Of a stretch of 43,760 bases of DNA, positions 17,004 to 26,927 are shown piece after piece (position 1 is the first letter of the stretch; each line of letters opens with the position of its first letter). The position numbers and the translations under genes are program-made. The stretch is from a virus. Lineage: Duplodnaviria > Caudoviricetes. Where the stretch lies: positions 1-43,760 of IMG/VR virus record IMGVR_UViG_3300032250_000760; one strand, given 5' to 3'. The notes beneath the pieces were generated by a model. It worked only from the letters and a program-made list of their open reading frames with translations, was not told the origin of the DNA and made no database searches.

Positions 17004-18017
17004 TCAGAGTGTTTGGTAGATTTGCAACAGCAACCGATTGTCGTAGAACTCTGATTCAATGTTGGTGAGTTGATCTGTTACAATTTGATCAACTGATTCA
17101 AATTTTACATCGCCAGGCGCCATGTCTGTGTCAACTGCTGAATTTTTAATATTTATTAAGGCCATTTCTCTCAGCCCATAAGTTTTAATAAACGTTTCTT
17201 TGATGAAATTGGCTTCTTCATAAGAGATTTCAATATCCAGTTGTACTCGCACATGCATGTCTTTGGCCAATACAGTGGCAGCGTTGTCAATCACATTGCT
17301 GAGACCCAACACACGATAGCGTGGCTGTGCAGGCCAAGCATGAAACTCCGGTGCCTGACCCCACTCTAAGATCATCATGCCACGTTCATCGTCGCCGGCA
17401 TCGGCGTAGTTGTGTGGAAAGCAGTTGCCAATGTAGGTGATGTTTCGTTTGGTTTGTCGCTTGTGAAAGTGACCGGTAAACACATGTTCAAAATTGTTGA
17501 AGTCTTCTCTGCGTACCGAGCCGTGGTCCGGCATCTCTACCATGGCATTCATCAAGTAGCCGGGCAGTTCAAAGTGCCCAAACATGTATTTGCCCGTTAG
17601 TTTTGGAATACGTTTATGATCGTCTCCGCAGAGCCAAGGAGCAATGACCACGTTGCCACTAGAGAACCAATCGTTACATATGACCACATTCGGAAGATGT
17701 TTAGCCCACTCCACGCTTTGTATATCACGTTTATCGCGATAATATAGATCGTGGTTGCCAGGGATAAAATAAACAGTGTCAAAATTTGCATTCATGTGCT
17801 CCAATGCTTGTAGGCTGTAGTTCAGGGTAACAATGTTTAAACTGGCTCGATTGTTGTGCCAGTCGCCCAGGAACAGGCAGGTTTCACAACCCTCTTCGCG
17901 GGCCTTGGCCGTGGCCCATTTCACAAAGGCCAAACAGTCTTCGTTGTGCAAAACCGAATTGGACTTGAGTCCAAAATGAATGTCAGTGAATACAGCAGCT
18001 TTTTTAAATAGATTCAT
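17004..18017 (-). CDS. gp47: Recombination endonuclease nuclease subunit (gp47, Mre11/SbcD-like)
   Basis: Metallophosphoesterase motifs TDIHFG, LGDWH, PGNHD, GHFE, TGHFH. Confidence 0.95.
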   Translation of the reverse strand: MNLFKKAAVFTDIHFGLKSNSVLHNEDCLAFVKWATAKAREEGCETCLFLGDWHNNRASLNIVTLNYSLQALEHMNANFDTVYFIPGNHDLYYRDKRDIQSVEWAKHLPNVVICNDWFSSGNVVIAPWLCGDDHKRIPKLTGKYMFGHFELPGYLMNAMVEMPDHGSVRREDFNNFEHVFTGHFHKRQTKRNITYIGNCFPHNYADAGDDERGMMILEWGQAPEFHAWPAQPRYRVLGLSNVIDNAATVLAKDMHVRVQLDIEISYEEANFIKETFIKTYGLREMALINIKNSAVDTDMAPGDVKFESVDQIVTDQLTNIESEFYDNRLLLQIYQTL

Positions 18018-18901
18018 ACAGAATATAGTAGTTCTCGTAATTGTACACTATTTGTAGGGAATGTGTCAAGTCCAAAACACCGAATTTCGTAGCCCCGGTT
18101 TCTCAATTTCCACTGTATCCAGCTTTGACTCGGTAAAGGGATTGCTGTCCATTCAAACAGTTGATTGTTCAGCGTACAGTCAACTATGCGGTGACACAAT
18201 TGGTCTTGGGAAAGATGCGATTGCAACGACAGCATGGTACGATGTACAGGCATAAGATCCGCAATGGGCTTTTTGAATTCCAAATTGCAAAACTCCTGTA
18301 AACGATGCAAGGTTGATTCAAAATTGTACAGCAGTTCGTTGGTCAATACCAATTGACATCTTGGATGGCTCCAGCGTTCTGGATGATACCATTCCACTTG
18401 ATCATACCAGGACGGCATCAAATTAAAACTGAGTATTTCTCTCTTTATCCAGTTTGGTATCTGTTCCACTGGGGTAGTTTTCTCAACTGGCCAATTGCTG
18501 TACAAGTTGTCGGCAAACACTGGATCCAATAATCGTGCGTTCCACCAATCTTCCCATACCTTGGTATAAAAGTTATTTACAATTAACAATGCCGAATCAG
18601 GATCTGGATACAAGTGTATAATTTTTTCTGCAACATCCAAAATTTGATTTAAATTATCACTCAGTGTTTCGTGTTGCTGTGTTTTTGGATGCAACCGAAC
18701 AAACAAACAAGACTTTTCTTTGTTGGCAACTGCTTTCCATGTAGAGGAACGTATATTGCCTGCATGATTTCCATGAAACTGATGACTGTTTCCGTTTGGC
18801 ATAAACGGAGCTGCAACCGGAATGTCAGTGGTCAGTGTGGTCAGAGCCCATTCAATGTAAGTACCGTAATTTCCGGCCGGGTACGCAATAGCAATGGTCA
18901 T
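18014..18901 (-). CDS. Hypothetical protein, possibly a divergent P-loop sulfotransferase-like fold
   Basis: 295 aa; N-terminal IAYPAGNYGTYIEWAL and later ELLYNFESTL..L.EFC resemble sulfotransferase-family layout; ATGA-coupled to gp47. Confidence 0.45.
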   Translation of the reverse strand: MTIAIAYPAGNYGTYIEWALTTLTTDIPVAAPFMPNGNSHQFHGNHAGNIRSSTWKAVANKEKSCLFVRLHPKTQQHETLSDNLNQILDVAEKIIHLYPDPDSALLIVNNFYTKVWEDWWNARLLDPVFADNLYSNWPVEKTTPVEQIPNWIKREILSFNLMPSWYDQVEWYHPERWSHPRCQLVLTNELLYNFESTLHRLQEFCNLEFKKPIADLMPVHRTMLSLQSHLSQDQLCHRIVDCTLNNQLFEWTAIPLPSQSWIQWKLRNRGYEIRCFGLDTFPTNSVQLRELLYSV

Positions 18902-18912
18902 GAGTTGGCAAA

Positions 18913-19908
18913 TTACACAGCGCGGGCTGAATCTGGTTCGGCTTCTTCGGCTGGTTTGTCCACAATGTAAGTGGTGATGGTGACCGGTCCGCTCAATGCT
19001 GCCATGCTGGCCTTGCCGGCATTCTGTCTAGTCCATGAAGGACTGAGTCCGTTGATCTCCAAGATGTCATCGCGGATGTTTTGGCTTTTCTTTTCCAAGT
19101 TCAAGATACGAGTAAAGCTGTTGGTGATGGCCGCTGTGTAGTAGGCAAATGGATTTTGTGATTTGGATTCGTCAAACTGTAGGCCAATTTGACTGAGTTG
19201 CAACAGGGCCTGTCCGCGCATTTCTTCGTTGTAGGTGTAGCCGCGCCAGTTTGAGCGTGTGGCATAGCGTTCGCACAGTTTCATGAACATGTGAGCCAGC
19301 TTGCGTGTCATAGTGCCGTGGTCTTTGCTGAAGCAACCAGTTTCCAAATCGCCCTGCCAGTGACTGCGTCCAACTAAAAAGCGTTCTTTGTTTTCGTCTA
19401 GGCGCCAGTGTTCAAACGGCGGAAAGTTCAGGCGTTGGCGTACAGGATTCAAGACCACATCGTCCAGCAGTTCGCCTAGTGAATCATCAACTGCTTCATC
19501 TTCTACAAACTCCAATAGATCTTCGAGTTTTTGTTTTTTCTTTTGTGCAGACTTGGGAATCTTTTTTTCTGCCATAGGGATATGATCCCAACAGGTGATT
19601 CGAAATACCAAATCGGTATTGGGAATTTTCACTGGGTCTACAATGATGCCTTCACGCTTGAGACGGTCAGCACGATTGCGTCTAGCTTCGGCAATGGTTC
19701 GCTGATTTATCTTGCTGACGCTGGGCAGAATAATGTCATATTGGCTGTCTACAGCAGGATCTCTATAGTAGCAATAGGTGTTCTTGCTGGCATGAATTTC
19801 TTTTAAAATATCTCTATTGTTGAGATAGTTCACTTTGGGTGCAGTGGGTGTAGATGATATTGATTTCAACGGATCCAGTACGGATGCTGTTCGTTTAGCT
19901 GTTGCCAC
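18913..19908 (-). CDS. gp55: Late-transcription sigma factor (T4 gp55-like)
   Basis: NYLNNRDIL, NWRGYTYNEEM, FDESKSQNPFAYYT; GTG start with GAGGAG RBS; upstream of gp47/gp46 as in T4. Confidence 0.9.
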   Translation of the reverse strand: MATAKRTASVLDPLKSISSTPTAPKVNYLNNRDILKEIHASKNTYCYYRDPAVDSQYDIILPSVSKINQRTIAEARRNRADRLKREGIIVDPVKIPNTDLVFRITCWDHIPMAEKKIPKSAQKKKQKLEDLLEFVEDEAVDDSLGELLDDVVLNPVRQRLNFPPFEHWRLDENKERFLVGRSHWQGDLETGCFSKDHGTMTRKLAHMFMKLCERYATRSNWRGYTYNEEMRGQALLQLSQIGLQFDESKSQNPFAYYTAAITNSFTRILNLEKKSQNIRDDILEINGLSPSWTRQNAGKASMAALSGPVTITTYIVDKPAEEAEPDSARAV

Positions 19909-19928
19909 AGGCAGGTCTCCTCATAATG

Positions 19929-19961
19929 TATTTATTATAACACTTTTTACTGCGTTGTCAA
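19929..19961 (-). promoter_or_regulatory. Consensus sigma70 promoter overlapping a late-promoter box, upstream of gp55
   Basis: TTGACA (19961-19956)-16 nt-TATAAT (19939-19934) with TGn; continues into AATAAATA (19936-19929). Confidence 0.75.
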
Positions 19962-19981
19962 CCTTTATCATAATATGACCA

Positions 19982-20002
19982 GTTTATTTCTGCAATAAAT
20001 AA
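19982..20002 (+). promoter_or_regulatory. Late promoter with extended upstream motif (baseplate operon, copy 1)
   Basis: gtttatttctgcaATAAATAa; 19/21 identical to 28467-28487. Confidence 0.65.
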
Positions 20003-20019
20003 GGTATAGGAAAAAGATC

Positions 20020-21432
20020 ATGCCATTCATCACCGTAAACGGACAATTGCAACAGGTAAGCCAAGCAGAGTTTGACGACTGGAACAAAGCACCAGAATCG
20101 TCTACCGTCTCACCGGCTGCTGGACAGCCAGACTCAACTACCACTGGAACACCAGCTGGCGGCAGTGTTGTGCAGTTGAGCAACACACAGGAGATCTTGA
20201 TTCCCAATACAGCCAGCACCAGCCCAGGCCAGACTCTGTCCACTCAGGCTGAACGCACTGTGAATGAACCTGCTGGAGTGTTTACTGCGGTTACATCACC
20301 TGTCATTACTCCCACAATAACCGCAACACCACAGCAACTACCGGGTACGTTGGTTGTAGAGGGCGATTTGGTTTCTAACTACCCACCATTGTCAGTGACG
20401 CCAGGACCATTGCCAGACTGGTATACCAAGCCCAACGCCAGCGGGCCTGATGAGACGCCGGCTCCGGCGCTAACTGCGGCTCCTGCACCAGTGACTCCAA
20501 ATCCCAATGGAGATCCAAATCCTAATGCAGTGATTACTCCTGGCACCGGTACCAACCCTGTAGCCAATGTGGATATTTCGCAAAAAGCAGCCACCTTGGC
20601 CAAAGCAAAAGAACAGGCCAGTGTCAAGGACCAACGCCGAGATCCCAACAACGGCGACTGGCGTGTGAAGTTGCGCCTGGCGCCACAGGCTAACTATTTG
20701 TATGCAGCAGAAAACCCTGGCATCTTGGCGCCCTTGAAAAAGCAGGGCGGTGTGATATTCCCTTACACACCCACTATCAGCACCGGGTACAAGGCCAACT
20801 ATTCACCAGTTGATCTTACTCATTCAAACTACAAAGGCTATTACTACCAAGGCAGTTCAGTGGACGCAGTCACATTGAGCTGTCCGTTTACAGCACAAAG
20901 CTCAGTGGAAGCTGACTACCTGTTGGCAGTGATACATTTTTTCAAAGCAGTGACCAAGATGTTTTACGGACAAGATGGCGAACGTGGCACACCACCGCCT
21001 CTGGTCTATCTCACCGGACTGGGCGAATATCAATTCAATGAACATCCCTGTGTGGTTCAGTCATTTACCTACGAGTTGCCCACGGATGTAGACTACATTC
21101 GTGCTCGCAGTCGCAACATCAATCACAGCAACATGTTGAATCAACGACAAGCCAGCAATGCCCTCACGCCTGGAACCACCTGGGGCAAAGGTATTTTGGG
21201 TCCGCTGTTTGGCGGCGCAATTAATCGAATAGCCAACGCTGGGCTGCCCAAAGGTGGAATAACCAAACAGCCAGCACCAAAAACCCTGGGACTAGAAAGT
21301 CCTACCTACGTGCCAACCAAGATAAATTTATCTATATCACTATTGCCAGTGCAGAGCCGCAAGCAACAGAGTCAACAGTTCAGTTTAAAACAGTATGCCA
21401 ATGGTGATCTACTCAAAGGAGGATTCTGGTAA
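20020..21432 (+). CDS. Baseplate/tail-tube initiator-like protein (gp48/gp54-like) with P/T-rich N-terminus
   Basis: IFPYTPTI, LTHSNY, FTAQ, GTPPPLVYL, PCVVQSFTYELP, PTKINLSISLLP tube-fold-like pattern; directly before gp53. Confidence 0.6.
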   Translation: MPFITVNGQLQQVSQAEFDDWNKAPESSTVSPAAGQPDSTTTGTPAGGSVVQLSNTQEILIPNTASTSPGQTLSTQAERTVNEPAGVFTAVTSPVITPTITATPQQLPGTLVVEGDLVSNYPPLSVTPGPLPDWYTKPNASGPDETPAPALTAAPAPVTPNPNGDPNPNAVITPGTGTNPVANVDISQKAATLAKAKEQASVKDQRRDPNNGDWRVKLRLAPQANYLYAAENPGILAPLKKQGGVIFPYTPTISTGYKANYSPVDLTHSNYKGYYYQGSSVDAVTLSCPFTAQSSVEADYLLAVIHFFKAVTKMFYGQDGERGTPPPLVYLTGLGEYQFNEHPCVVQSFTYELPTDVDYIRARSRNINHSNMLNQRQASNALTPGTTWGKGILGPLFGGAINRIANAGLPKGGITKQPAPKTLGLESPTYVPTKINLSISLLPVQSRKQQSQQFSLKQYANGDLLKGGFW

Positions 21433-21731
21433 TGGCAACCTACAACGCAACCAGTCCATATTATGCCACTGGATACAGCCAGTTCTTTTTAGATACCATG
21501 GTCAATAGACCAATACCCAGTCAGAGTGATGACCTGCCATTTATCATCAATCAAACCTATCAGTATAGGCCAGATCTCTTGGCCTTTGACCTGTACGACT
21601 CTGCCGGCCTGTGGTGGGTGTTCTATCAGCGTAACCCCAACACATTGACCAAGCCGCCGTTGGACTTTGCAGTAGATACACTTATTTACGTGCCCAAGAT
21701 AAGCACACTGCGTTCAGTACTGGGATTTTAA
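21432..21731 (+). CDS. gp53: Baseplate wedge protein (gp53-like, LysM-like)
   Basis: YQYRPDLLAFDLY...LWWVF..RN...IYVP. Confidence 0.8.
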   Translation: MATYNATSPYYATGYSQFFLDTMVNRPIPSQSDDLPFIINQTYQYRPDLLAFDLYDSAGLWWVFYQRNPNTLTKPPLDFAVDTLIYVPKISTLRSVLGF

Positions 21732-21734
21732 ACC

Positions 21735-23189
21735 ATGGCAACAAATCCGCAGTTACAGAGTAAACAAAACGAACTGCTTCGTATAAAGCAAGAGATTGCC
21801 AAGTTGCAAGGCGAACTTGCGCAACTTGAAAAAGATCTAGCAAACAGTCGTGCCAATCCTGACTTAGCAGATTTAATCTCGTCGCAAGAACGCACTATAC
21901 AAAGAACCAAGGATCGAATTGCTGCGTTAGAACAAAGAGCAATAGATGTTGAAGCACAAATAGCTGCCATCCCAAGCGAGCCTGCACCACAATCGGCTGC
22001 CGCAGACGTTGCTGCCAGTGGTGCTGGCGCTACACAAAATCCTGCACCTGCTCCCACCAACACAGGCAGATTAACCACCACAGACGCCGACAAACTGGCT
22101 GCCAAGACAGAAACAGGAACCAACCCTCCTGTGAAAACACTGACCGAAACACAGAGTGTGTCGCCTGAATCTTCTTCAACTCCGACGCCTGCACCTGATA
22201 CCAATAACGATTCCGAAGGTCGCCCCGGCGGACAACCTGGAGCAGGCGCCAAAGGTGAGGACGGAGCAACAGCAGCAAATACCAGGCAGATCATCAATGC
22301 TGTGAGTCAACAACCGTTCCAGCCCAGAGATAATGTGTTGGATCAGTACGCCAGTTACACCTACAACATTGGCTGGTACCTGTTGACACCCGAGCAGTAC
22401 AATGAATTAACACAGACTAAAAAAATAGCACTGGGTCAATATAACTTATTGATGCAAAGTGGCGGAGCACCATCCAGTGTTGATGGCGTACAGCCCGATC
22501 TTACCAGTTCCGGTACTGTGGCCAGTGTGTCACGATCTGCTGGTCGAAACCCATTCTTTGGACTGGATTATTATTTTGATGATATAGAAATAAAAAGTGT
22601 AGTCACAGGCAGTGGAACCAACAGCCCACACAATGTGGCTGAAATAAAATTCACAGTGGTTGAGCCAGCCAATATAACACTGATCAACAACCTGTGGGAA
22701 GCAGTAAAAACAGTTTACAATGATTCTGAGATACCCTACTCAACTGCGTATTATGCGCTGATTATAAGATTTTACGGCTATGATGAAAATGGAAAAATTG
22801 TTCAGGCCAACAACTCTGACAACAAAAATGCCATTGTAGAAAAAATATTGCCTTTTAAGTTGAACGACATCCAGTTCACTGTGTCCAATAAACTGGTTGA
22901 ATATCGCGTCACTGCCACAGCAGACCCGTACCTAGACGCATTTGGCACATCACGCGGCGTGATCAAATCCAACATTGAAATAACTGGGGCAACTGTCAAA
23001 GACCTAATGACCAAAGGCTCTGGCCCTGCTGCTGTGTCCCCAGATGATGGAAGAATATCAACTCCCAGTGCTGGCGGCCTTGACAGTCCGGCGCCGCGTC
23101 CAGATTCCAGTGATGGCGGTCAATTGCAGACCACAGCGGGACTTCCGGAACCATTCCGCGTTGAAATTAATGGAGTTGGACCTAACTAA
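21735..23189 (+). CDS. Putative baseplate hub protein, N-terminal part
   Basis: Coiled coil, P/T/A linker, then beta-rich domain (NVLDQYASYTY, FTVVEP, LIIRFYGYD); between gp53 and gp5. Confidence 0.55.
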   Translation: MATNPQLQSKQNELLRIKQEIAKLQGELAQLEKDLANSRANPDLADLISSQERTIQRTKDRIAALEQRAIDVEAQIAAIPSEPAPQSAAADVAASGAGATQNPAPAPTNTGRLTTTDADKLAAKTETGTNPPVKTLTETQSVSPESSSTPTPAPDTNNDSEGRPGGQPGAGAKGEDGATAANTRQIINAVSQQPFQPRDNVLDQYASYTYNIGWYLLTPEQYNELTQTKKIALGQYNLLMQSGGAPSSVDGVQPDLTSSGTVASVSRSAGRNPFFGLDYYFDDIEIKSVVTGSGTNSPHNVAEIKFTVVEPANITLINNLWEAVKTVYNDSEIPYSTAYYALIIRFYGYDENGKIVQANNSDNKNAIVEKILPFKLNDIQFTVSNKLVEYRVTATADPYLDAFGTSRGVIKSNIEITGATVKDLMTKGSGPAAVSPDDGRISTPSAGGLDSPAPRPDSSDGGQLQTTAGLPEPFRVEINGVGPN

Positions 23190-24817
23190 TGGCAACACTA
23201 CCAGGATTTGCAAACACTGCTGCCGGCGTCGCTCTGGCGAATCCCAGCGTTCCTCGACCGGGCCAAACCGCGGGCGCCGCACAAACTGCTGACTCGGCAC
23301 CGCCCAAGGCCAATGCCGCACCCAGTATAAACAAAAATATTGCCATTGGACTGGTAGAGTCGTTGAACAACACCGAAGCTGAGTTGGTCAAAAATGGTGT
23401 ATTTGAGCAGGCCAATCAATACAGCATAGAATTTGCACCCGAGGCACTGGGTGACTCTCGTGTCACCAAGGGAGGCAAGCCCAACAAAACAAAAGTTCCA
23501 ATGCAACAGACAAAAAAGCCGTCTGACGTTATCAATCCTGAAAGCAACTCTGCTGACTACAGTGTTAGAACATTTGACTATCAGGCTGGCACTCCGATTG
23601 TGCTTATTCTCAATGAGATTTTGAAAAACAGCACATACATTGCTGACCAGGCCAAACTGATCAACGATGAAGTAACAGGTCTTCCCAAAGAACAAAAACC
23701 ATTGGGCAATTTGGCCTGGTATAAAATTTCAGTGCAGACCACAGCGATATTGCCATTTGACAGAAAGCGCGGAGATTTTGCAAAAAAAATCAAATACGTG
23801 ATATCCACTTATCCTATAAACAGTATGATAAGTGAATATTTTCCTGAAGGAAAAATACGTGGTCGTCACAAGAGTTACAAATATTGGTTTACTGGTCAAA
23901 ATGCGCAGGTGTTAAAATTTGAACAAGAGTTTAATTATTTGTATCATCAGACATTTACCAATCCAGATGTCCTGGCCGAAACTAGAAGAGCAAACAATAG
24001 AGAGTTGCCACCAAGAAGAGAATATCAGGCCGCAGTGGCCGCAAGCAATACTCAGGGCGCAGAAAAACAAGCCAATGCCATTGGTGCATCGGCTGCTGAC
24101 TATCTGTACAGTAAATCCGACATCAGCAATTGCACTCTGACCATAGTGGGAGATCCTGCATGGATACAACAGGGCGAGGCAGCTACTGGAGTCAGTGGCA
24201 AAAACTTTGATTTTAGTCCATTCAATGCTGACGGTGGCATCAATTTTGATGCACAAGAAATTATTTTTGATGTGCAATGGAATCCTGGAGTAGACTATGA
24301 CCTCACCGGAACTGGTTTGGCAAATCCCAACGTTGCTGCCAAACCACAGGCAATCTATACCTACAAGGCATCAGAGGTAACCAGTAGATTTTTCAAAGGC
24401 AAGTTTGAACAGGTGCTTACCGGTACATTTATTGATCTGTTAGAACCTGCACCTGTTTCAACCAATGTTACTAATGATCGACAGACCCCTAGTACTAACA
24501 ATGCAGGTGTACGTCCGTTGCCACAAACTCTTACATTTGCTGAGCGATTGAAGTCGTCGGTGACCAATCCCACCCCAACATCGTCGTTGGCAAAAGGAGT
24601 TCAACAAATACTGTCTCCTGCAACCAATGGTGACAATTTGTCAGACAATGCACTGCGTGGCACACCAATTTACAATCAAGTACGAAGAGGCGGAGGCACC
24701 GATGCGGCTGCGCTGGCAGCAGCCAGAACTGCATCGTCGGCAGGAACAAATAATTATAGTGGTTCGGCATTGCCAGGAATCCGAGTACCTAACCAACTGA
24801 TTGCTAAGGATCAATAA
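23189..24817 (+). CDS. Putative baseplate hub protein, C-terminal part (gp27/late-control-D-like)
   Basis: TAATG overlap; AGTPI..IL..IL, YKYWFTGQN, LTIVGDPAWIQQ, Y....VTSRF..GKFEQVL typical of hub C-terminal strands. Confidence 0.55.
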   Translation: MATLPGFANTAAGVALANPSVPRPGQTAGAAQTADSAPPKANAAPSINKNIAIGLVESLNNTEAELVKNGVFEQANQYSIEFAPEALGDSRVTKGGKPNKTKVPMQQTKKPSDVINPESNSADYSVRTFDYQAGTPIVLILNEILKNSTYIADQAKLINDEVTGLPKEQKPLGNLAWYKISVQTTAILPFDRKRGDFAKKIKYVISTYPINSMISEYFPEGKIRGRHKSYKYWFTGQNAQVLKFEQEFNYLYHQTFTNPDVLAETRRANNRELPPRREYQAAVAASNTQGAEKQANAIGASAADYLYSKSDISNCTLTIVGDPAWIQQGEAATGVSGKNFDFSPFNADGGINFDAQEIIFDVQWNPGVDYDLTGTGLANPNVAAKPQAIYTYKASEVTSRFFKGKFEQVLTGTFIDLLEPAPVSTNVTNDRQTPSTNNAGVRPLPQTLTFAERLKSSVTNPTPTSSLAKGVQQILSPATNGDNLSDNALRGTPIYNQVRRGGGTDAAALAAARTASSAGTNNYSGSALPGIRVPNQLIAKDQ

Positions 24818-26334
24818 TGGCAGATAATATTATCAGAGACGAAGGCGTTGCGCAAAATTATAGATTTAATCGTGGCGGCACACCGGCGGAATTTGGCCCA
24901 TTCATCGGAGTGGTAAAAAACAACGTTGACCCCACTAGACAAGGACGGTTACAAGTTTACATTGAGCAGTTTGCTGGCCCAGATCCTGAAGATAAAACAC
25001 TGTGGCGCACAGTGAGTTATTGTCCGTCGTTCTACGGTGCAACACCGCCACAGCCCGGTAAAAAAGGCAACACTGACGGTGTAGGTGGCTACCTGGATGG
25101 CAATCCGCAAAGCTACGGCATGTGGTTTACGCCGCCTGATGTTGGAGTCAGTGTGTTGGTAGTATTTGCCGGAGGCGATCCAAACTTTGGATTTTACATA
25201 GGTTGCATTCCTGATGCTGGTATGACACACATGATTCCGGCAATTGGCGCAAGCAAGGCATTTGATATAGAAAACAGCGATCAGAAAAGCTACTACAACG
25301 GTGCCAAGGTATTGCCAGTGACAGAGATCAATCCAAACAATCTCAAGATCAGCGACAATCCAAAATTTTTTAATCAACCCAAACCTGTACACAGTTTTAT
25401 AGCCGCAGAAATGTTCCAACAGGGCACACTGGCAGATCAACAGCGTGGTCCCATTGGGTCAACCAGCCAACGCGAAAGTCCCAGTGCTGTGTTTGGTGTC
25501 AGCACCCCTGGTCGCGCTGTGTATCAAGGCGGTTTGTCTGAATCTGATATTAAAAAACGCATTGCTGCTGGATCAATCACTGACAATGACATAAACATTA
25601 TTGGTCGTAAAGGTGGACACAGTATTGTGTTGGACGATGGCGATTTAGAAGGCAATGACAGATTGGTAAGAATTCGCACTGGTGGCGGACATCAAATCAC
25701 CATGAGTGATGATGGCAATTTCTTTTATATTGTTCATGCCAATGGACAAACATGGCTGGAGTTTGGACAAGAAGGCACAGTTGATGTGTATGCCACAAAC
25801 TCAGTTAACGTGCGAACACAAGGCACAATTAACCTGCATGCAGACAAAGATATCAACATGTTTGCAAAAGGCACAATCAACATGAAAAGTATGCTGGGCA
25901 CAACAATTGAAACTGAAAAAAAGTTAAACGTATCCAGCACTGACGAAATGACCTTGTACAGCAAGGCTCGTATTGCGGTGCTTGCCAGTGGCAGTCTTGC
26001 AATAGTCAGTAACAATGGGTCTTGGAATGCTGGCGGCGCCATGGTACTGCAAGCCGGCGGCATTGATCTCAATGGTGGGTCTGCTGAAACTGTGGAACCT
26101 CCTGTTAAATTAGAAAAACGTGTGATGCCCGACACAGAATTTAACAATGCCACTGGCTGGCAAATTTCAGCCACTGGTTTAGAAAGCATAGTGACACGAG
26201 CGCCCACGCACGAACCATGGCCATTTCACAATCAAGGAGTGGATGTGGAAGTGGCCATGGAGGAAGGCCAGCCAACCACTCCACCTGATACTCCGTCAAT
26301 ACCGTCAGGCTGGTCTGGCACGGTGAAAGGATAA
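24817..26334 (+). CDS. gp5: Baseplate central spike (gp5/VgrG-like)
   Basis: OB-fold GVVKNNVDPTRQGRLQVYI and GMWFTPPDVGVSVLVVF..GD; RIRTGGGHQITMSD; beta-helix repeats; His-containing PTHEPWPFH near the C-terminus. Confidence 0.85.
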   Translation: MADNIIRDEGVAQNYRFNRGGTPAEFGPFIGVVKNNVDPTRQGRLQVYIEQFAGPDPEDKTLWRTVSYCPSFYGATPPQPGKKGNTDGVGGYLDGNPQSYGMWFTPPDVGVSVLVVFAGGDPNFGFYIGCIPDAGMTHMIPAIGASKAFDIENSDQKSYYNGAKVLPVTEINPNNLKISDNPKFFNQPKPVHSFIAAEMFQQGTLADQQRGPIGSTSQRESPSAVFGVSTPGRAVYQGGLSESDIKKRIAAGSITDNDINIIGRKGGHSIVLDDGDLEGNDRLVRIRTGGGHQITMSDDGNFFYIVHANGQTWLEFGQEGTVDVYATNSVNVRTQGTINLHADKDINMFAKGTINMKSMLGTTIETEKKLNVSSTDEMTLYSKARIAVLASGSLAIVSNNGSWNAGGAMVLQAGGIDLNGGSAETVEPPVKLEKRVMPDTEFNNATGWQISATGLESIVTRAPTHEPWPFHNQGVDVEVAMEEGQPTTPPDTPSIPSGWSGTVKG

Positions 26335-26339
26335 CAGCG

Positions 26340-26927
26340 ATGGCCAAGTTTACATTTGCTTTACCCAATGGACTGTTGTTTACATTGAACGGTCCGCCTG
26401 GTTCTACTGTGGAGCAGGCAGAAAAAATTTATCTTGAACAGCTGGCAGCTGGTGCATTTGTTGGCTTGCGTCCAGGCGATCAATTGCAGTCATTTGAAAG
26501 TACCTTGATTGAATTTAATCAGTCTCGTCTTAATCGAGGAACAGCGGGTGTTCCAGATATTCCACTGTTGGCCATCTATAACGGCGGCGCTCTTGGTGTC
26601 CCACCAGGCGAAACACCCGGTGGCACCCTTGGGCCTAACCAAGTAATTATATCTTCGTTGCCTGTGCTGACAGATGTTCCAATCAACAACGGTATTGATA
26701 TAGCAGACTATGTGGATCAAACCACAGTTACTGAAAACATTGGCCCACTGTCTAGCTCACAGGTGCAGGCTATCTTGGCTGCCATTGCTGCATCAGTGTG
26801 TCAGCCAGCTGATGTAATAACAGACGAATTGGGAGTTGGCAAGTATGGCCTAAGTGCGCAACAGTTAGAAGATGCAGGTTACCTAAAATGTGGAACCACT
26901 GCTAGATTTTTAGGAAATTCACAATGA
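26340..26927 (+). CDS. Baseplate-associated hypothetical protein ending in the first half of a lysozyme-like motif set
   Basis: 195 aa; ends GVGKYGLSAQQLEDAGYLK. Confidence 0.6.
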   Translation: MAKFTFALPNGLLFTLNGPPGSTVEQAEKIYLEQLAAGAFVGLRPGDQLQSFESTLIEFNQSRLNRGTAGVPDIPLLAIYNGGALGVPPGETPGGTLGPNQVIISSLPVLTDVPINNGIDIADYVDQTTVTENIGPLSSSQVQAILAAIAASVCQPADVITDELGVGKYGLSAQQLEDAGYLKCGTTARFLGNSQ

